DNA of 25,800 bases, taken from Chlamydiota bacterium (GTDB lineage: Bacteria > Chlamydiota > Chlamydiia > Chlamydiales > SM23-39). Shown here piece by piece: positions 24,187 through 25,800 of the stretch (position 1 is the first letter of the stretch; each line of letters opens with the position of its first letter). The stretch covers positions 1 through 25,800 of the forward strand of contig JBCDEZ010000018.1 in the NCBI GenBank assembly GCA_039179045.1, in the 5' to 3' direction. The notes beneath the pieces were generated by a model. That model had not been told where the DNA came from. It ran no database searches and saw only the letters and a list, made by a program, of their open reading frames with translations. Made by a program: the position numbers and the translations under genes.

Positions 24187-25530
24187 ATGATTGCGTTAAA
24201 ATTTAGGTCTTTTATGAGTTTTCCCCTTCAGAGTTTTAGTAGTAATCCTTATCTTACCATTCTACTTCCTGCCCGGATACAAGCTTCCCATAGAAACCAA
24301 CAAATCGATCAAGCAATGCAGGCTCTAGTGGGTGTCGCTCAATTTGCTTTGTGCCTTTCTCTAACTTCTTCTCTTGTTTGCAGCATTTCTCTTTTTGCAG
24401 CACACTCTCTATGGCGAATGGTGGAGCAAGAGGACCAGAGCCATTTGGCATACCTATCTACGGCTGAAACAGTGCTAAGGATTTTCTATGAGTCCTTTCC
24501 TAAGAATGATTACGACTTTACAACAGTATTCCGTTCAGCGTACTTAGGCCAGTTCTCAGGTGCATCTAGCACTTACTTTCACCAGATGTGCAAATTCTAT
24601 ATTCAGTACAACCCTTTTAAGCCTGAGGCCGACTGCCTGTATTCTTCTGAGGAACTCTTATATTCGAGCACAAAGAGCTACGTGGATATGCGTTGTGGTG
24701 ATCAAGCAAAGGAAAAAACAAAGACAGCACTAATTAAGAAAATTGAAGAGGGGATAAACAATGATCTACGCAAAGAGTGTAAGCGGGTAGCGACTATTCG
24801 CAATGAGTACAAAGAATCCCCAGGCATCACCAATCCCGAGAAGCAGCAATTACATGAGGATAACGACTTTACAGAAAAAGAAAGAGCTACTTTCCTTCTC
24901 AAATGCGTGCAGCATTTACATGACAAGGATAAATTGATGCTGCATTTTTTTAGTAAAGAAAATTCTAATAATACAGAGAAAAATCGCAAGAGTCTTCGAG
25001 AAGCGACCCAAAAAATTGATGCTCTTGAAAAACCTTTCTCAAAACGGCTATATCTTTTTTGTGGGGGCGTTACTACGCATTTAGCAATCGAAAGGGTATT
25101 CCACTTAATTTTAGGCTGCACTCTATCTCCTGCTCTTTCCGGCTTGTTGAGAATAGCAATCGCTTTTTCCTATTATATTTTCTGTACACCGAACAGTGAG
25201 ATGGCAAGCAAAGACGTGCGGAATAAGCATGCTCTTTATATTCAGTCTATGAGTTATACTGCAAGAACCATCCGTGGGCCAGATTTCACAAAATTGGGAG
25301 ACGTCAACTGTCTTATTATGGAAAAGTTGTACTCGGCGTGTAAGTCGATTTTCAAAGCTCTAGAAAAAAGAGAGCCGGCGCTGGTGCAACAAGCTCTCAA
25401 AGAGTTGAGGGAAACACTAGAAAACTACTTGTCTCCATCCGAAATCTCCTCCGAACAGATTTCCCCTTGGGCGACTAGGAATCCAACGACCATTGCAGAC
25501 GACATGAAGGAGAAGAGAAGAGAAGAATGA
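24187..25530 (+). CDS. Hypothetical membrane protein (447 aa) with two long hydrophobic segments and coiled-coil-like regions; Inc-like candidate
   Basis: Long ORF (alternative start ATG 24214, MSFPLQSFSSNP). Hydrophobic blocks ALVGVAQFALCLSLTSSLVCSISLFAAHSLW and LYLFCGGVTTHLAIERVFHLILGCTLSPALSGLLRIAIAFSYYIFC, with K/E-rich helices between and after them. Confidence 0.75.
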   Translation: MIALKFRSFMSFPLQSFSSNPYLTILLPARIQASHRNQQIDQAMQALVGVAQFALCLSLTSSLVCSISLFAAHSLWRMVEQEDQSHLAYLSTAETVLRIFYESFPKNDYDFTTVFRSAYLGQFSGASSTYFHQMCKFYIQYNPFKPEADCLYSSEELLYSSTKSYVDMRCGDQAKEKTKTALIKKIEEGINNDLRKECKRVATIRNEYKESPGITNPEKQQLHEDNDFTEKERATFLLKCVQHLHDKDKLMLHFFSKENSNNTEKNRKSLREATQKIDALEKPFSKRLYLFCGGVTTHLAIERVFHLILGCTLSPALSGLLRIAIAFSYYIFCTPNSEMASKDVRNKHALYIQSMSYTARTIRGPDFTKLGDVNCLIMEKLYSACKSIFKALEKREPALVQQALKELRETLENYLSPSEISSEQISPWATRNPTTIADDMKEKRREE

Positions 25531-25800
25531 CCTCTCGTTCGTAGGTGACTGAATTGCTGATTTACCTTCCTCTTCGGCTATGCAAGGGTCGCGGCGTAGT
25601 TCCTTCGTCATTTTCTTTTTTTATCTCTTTGCATCCATCTATTTGGAAAATTAATCAAAAATATTGATTTATTATTCTAAATACTTAGCTAATATGTTCG
25701 TTAACCTGATTCCGGATTTTCAATCATCAAGAATTGGCCTTGTTGAAAAAATCAGATTTTCAGACCAACCAGGACTATCCTTGAAGATTTTCTAGCTCTC

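Noticed and set aside
1..25800. tRNA/rRNA genes, CRISPR arrays, IS elements, prophage, defence systems, alternative genetic code
   Set aside because: No T-arm/cloverleaf, regularly spaced repeats, transposase, integrase or nuclease motifs seen by eye. TGA, TAA and TAG all terminate conserved genes at expected lengths.

Overview
A gene-dense, mostly housekeeping stretch of a bacterial chromosome, almost certainly from Chlamydiota and probably not Chlamydiaceae. Evidence: a chlamydia-type 45-aa bL36 ([29 protein letters not shown]...), the chlamydial rnpA-rpmH / rpmJ-rpsN-GYF_2-asp23-uvrC cluster, and the pcnB-lpxB and yceD-rpmF-plsX linkages. Gene order: orphan membrane protein, mutS, dnaG, DCC1-like oxidoreductase, orphan membrane protein, GlyRS, uvrC, amaP-like/asp23, GYF_2 membrane protein, rpsN, rpmJ, rpmH, rnpA, Rep/UvrD helicase, holin-like protein, dsbB, dsbA, TyrP-family permease, pcnB, lpxB, yceD, rpmF, plsX, then two orphan Inc-like membrane proteins. 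rpmJ, rpmH and rpmF are missing from the ORF track and were translated by hand. I found no tRNA, rRNA, CRISPR array, transposase or prophage, and no convincing new multi-gene system. The most notable observations are: (1) a homodimeric alpha2-type GlyRS where Chlamydia has its fused alpha-beta GlyRS, suggesting in-situ non-orthologous displacement; (2) an apparent local inversion of mutS-dnaG-GlyRS; (3) a phage-free holin-like gene behind dsbA-dsbB with a structured 3' UTR; (4) four orphan hydrophobic genes that are candidate inclusion-membrane effectors; (5) a few structured intergenic regions. Comparisons with other genomes are from memory and need checking.
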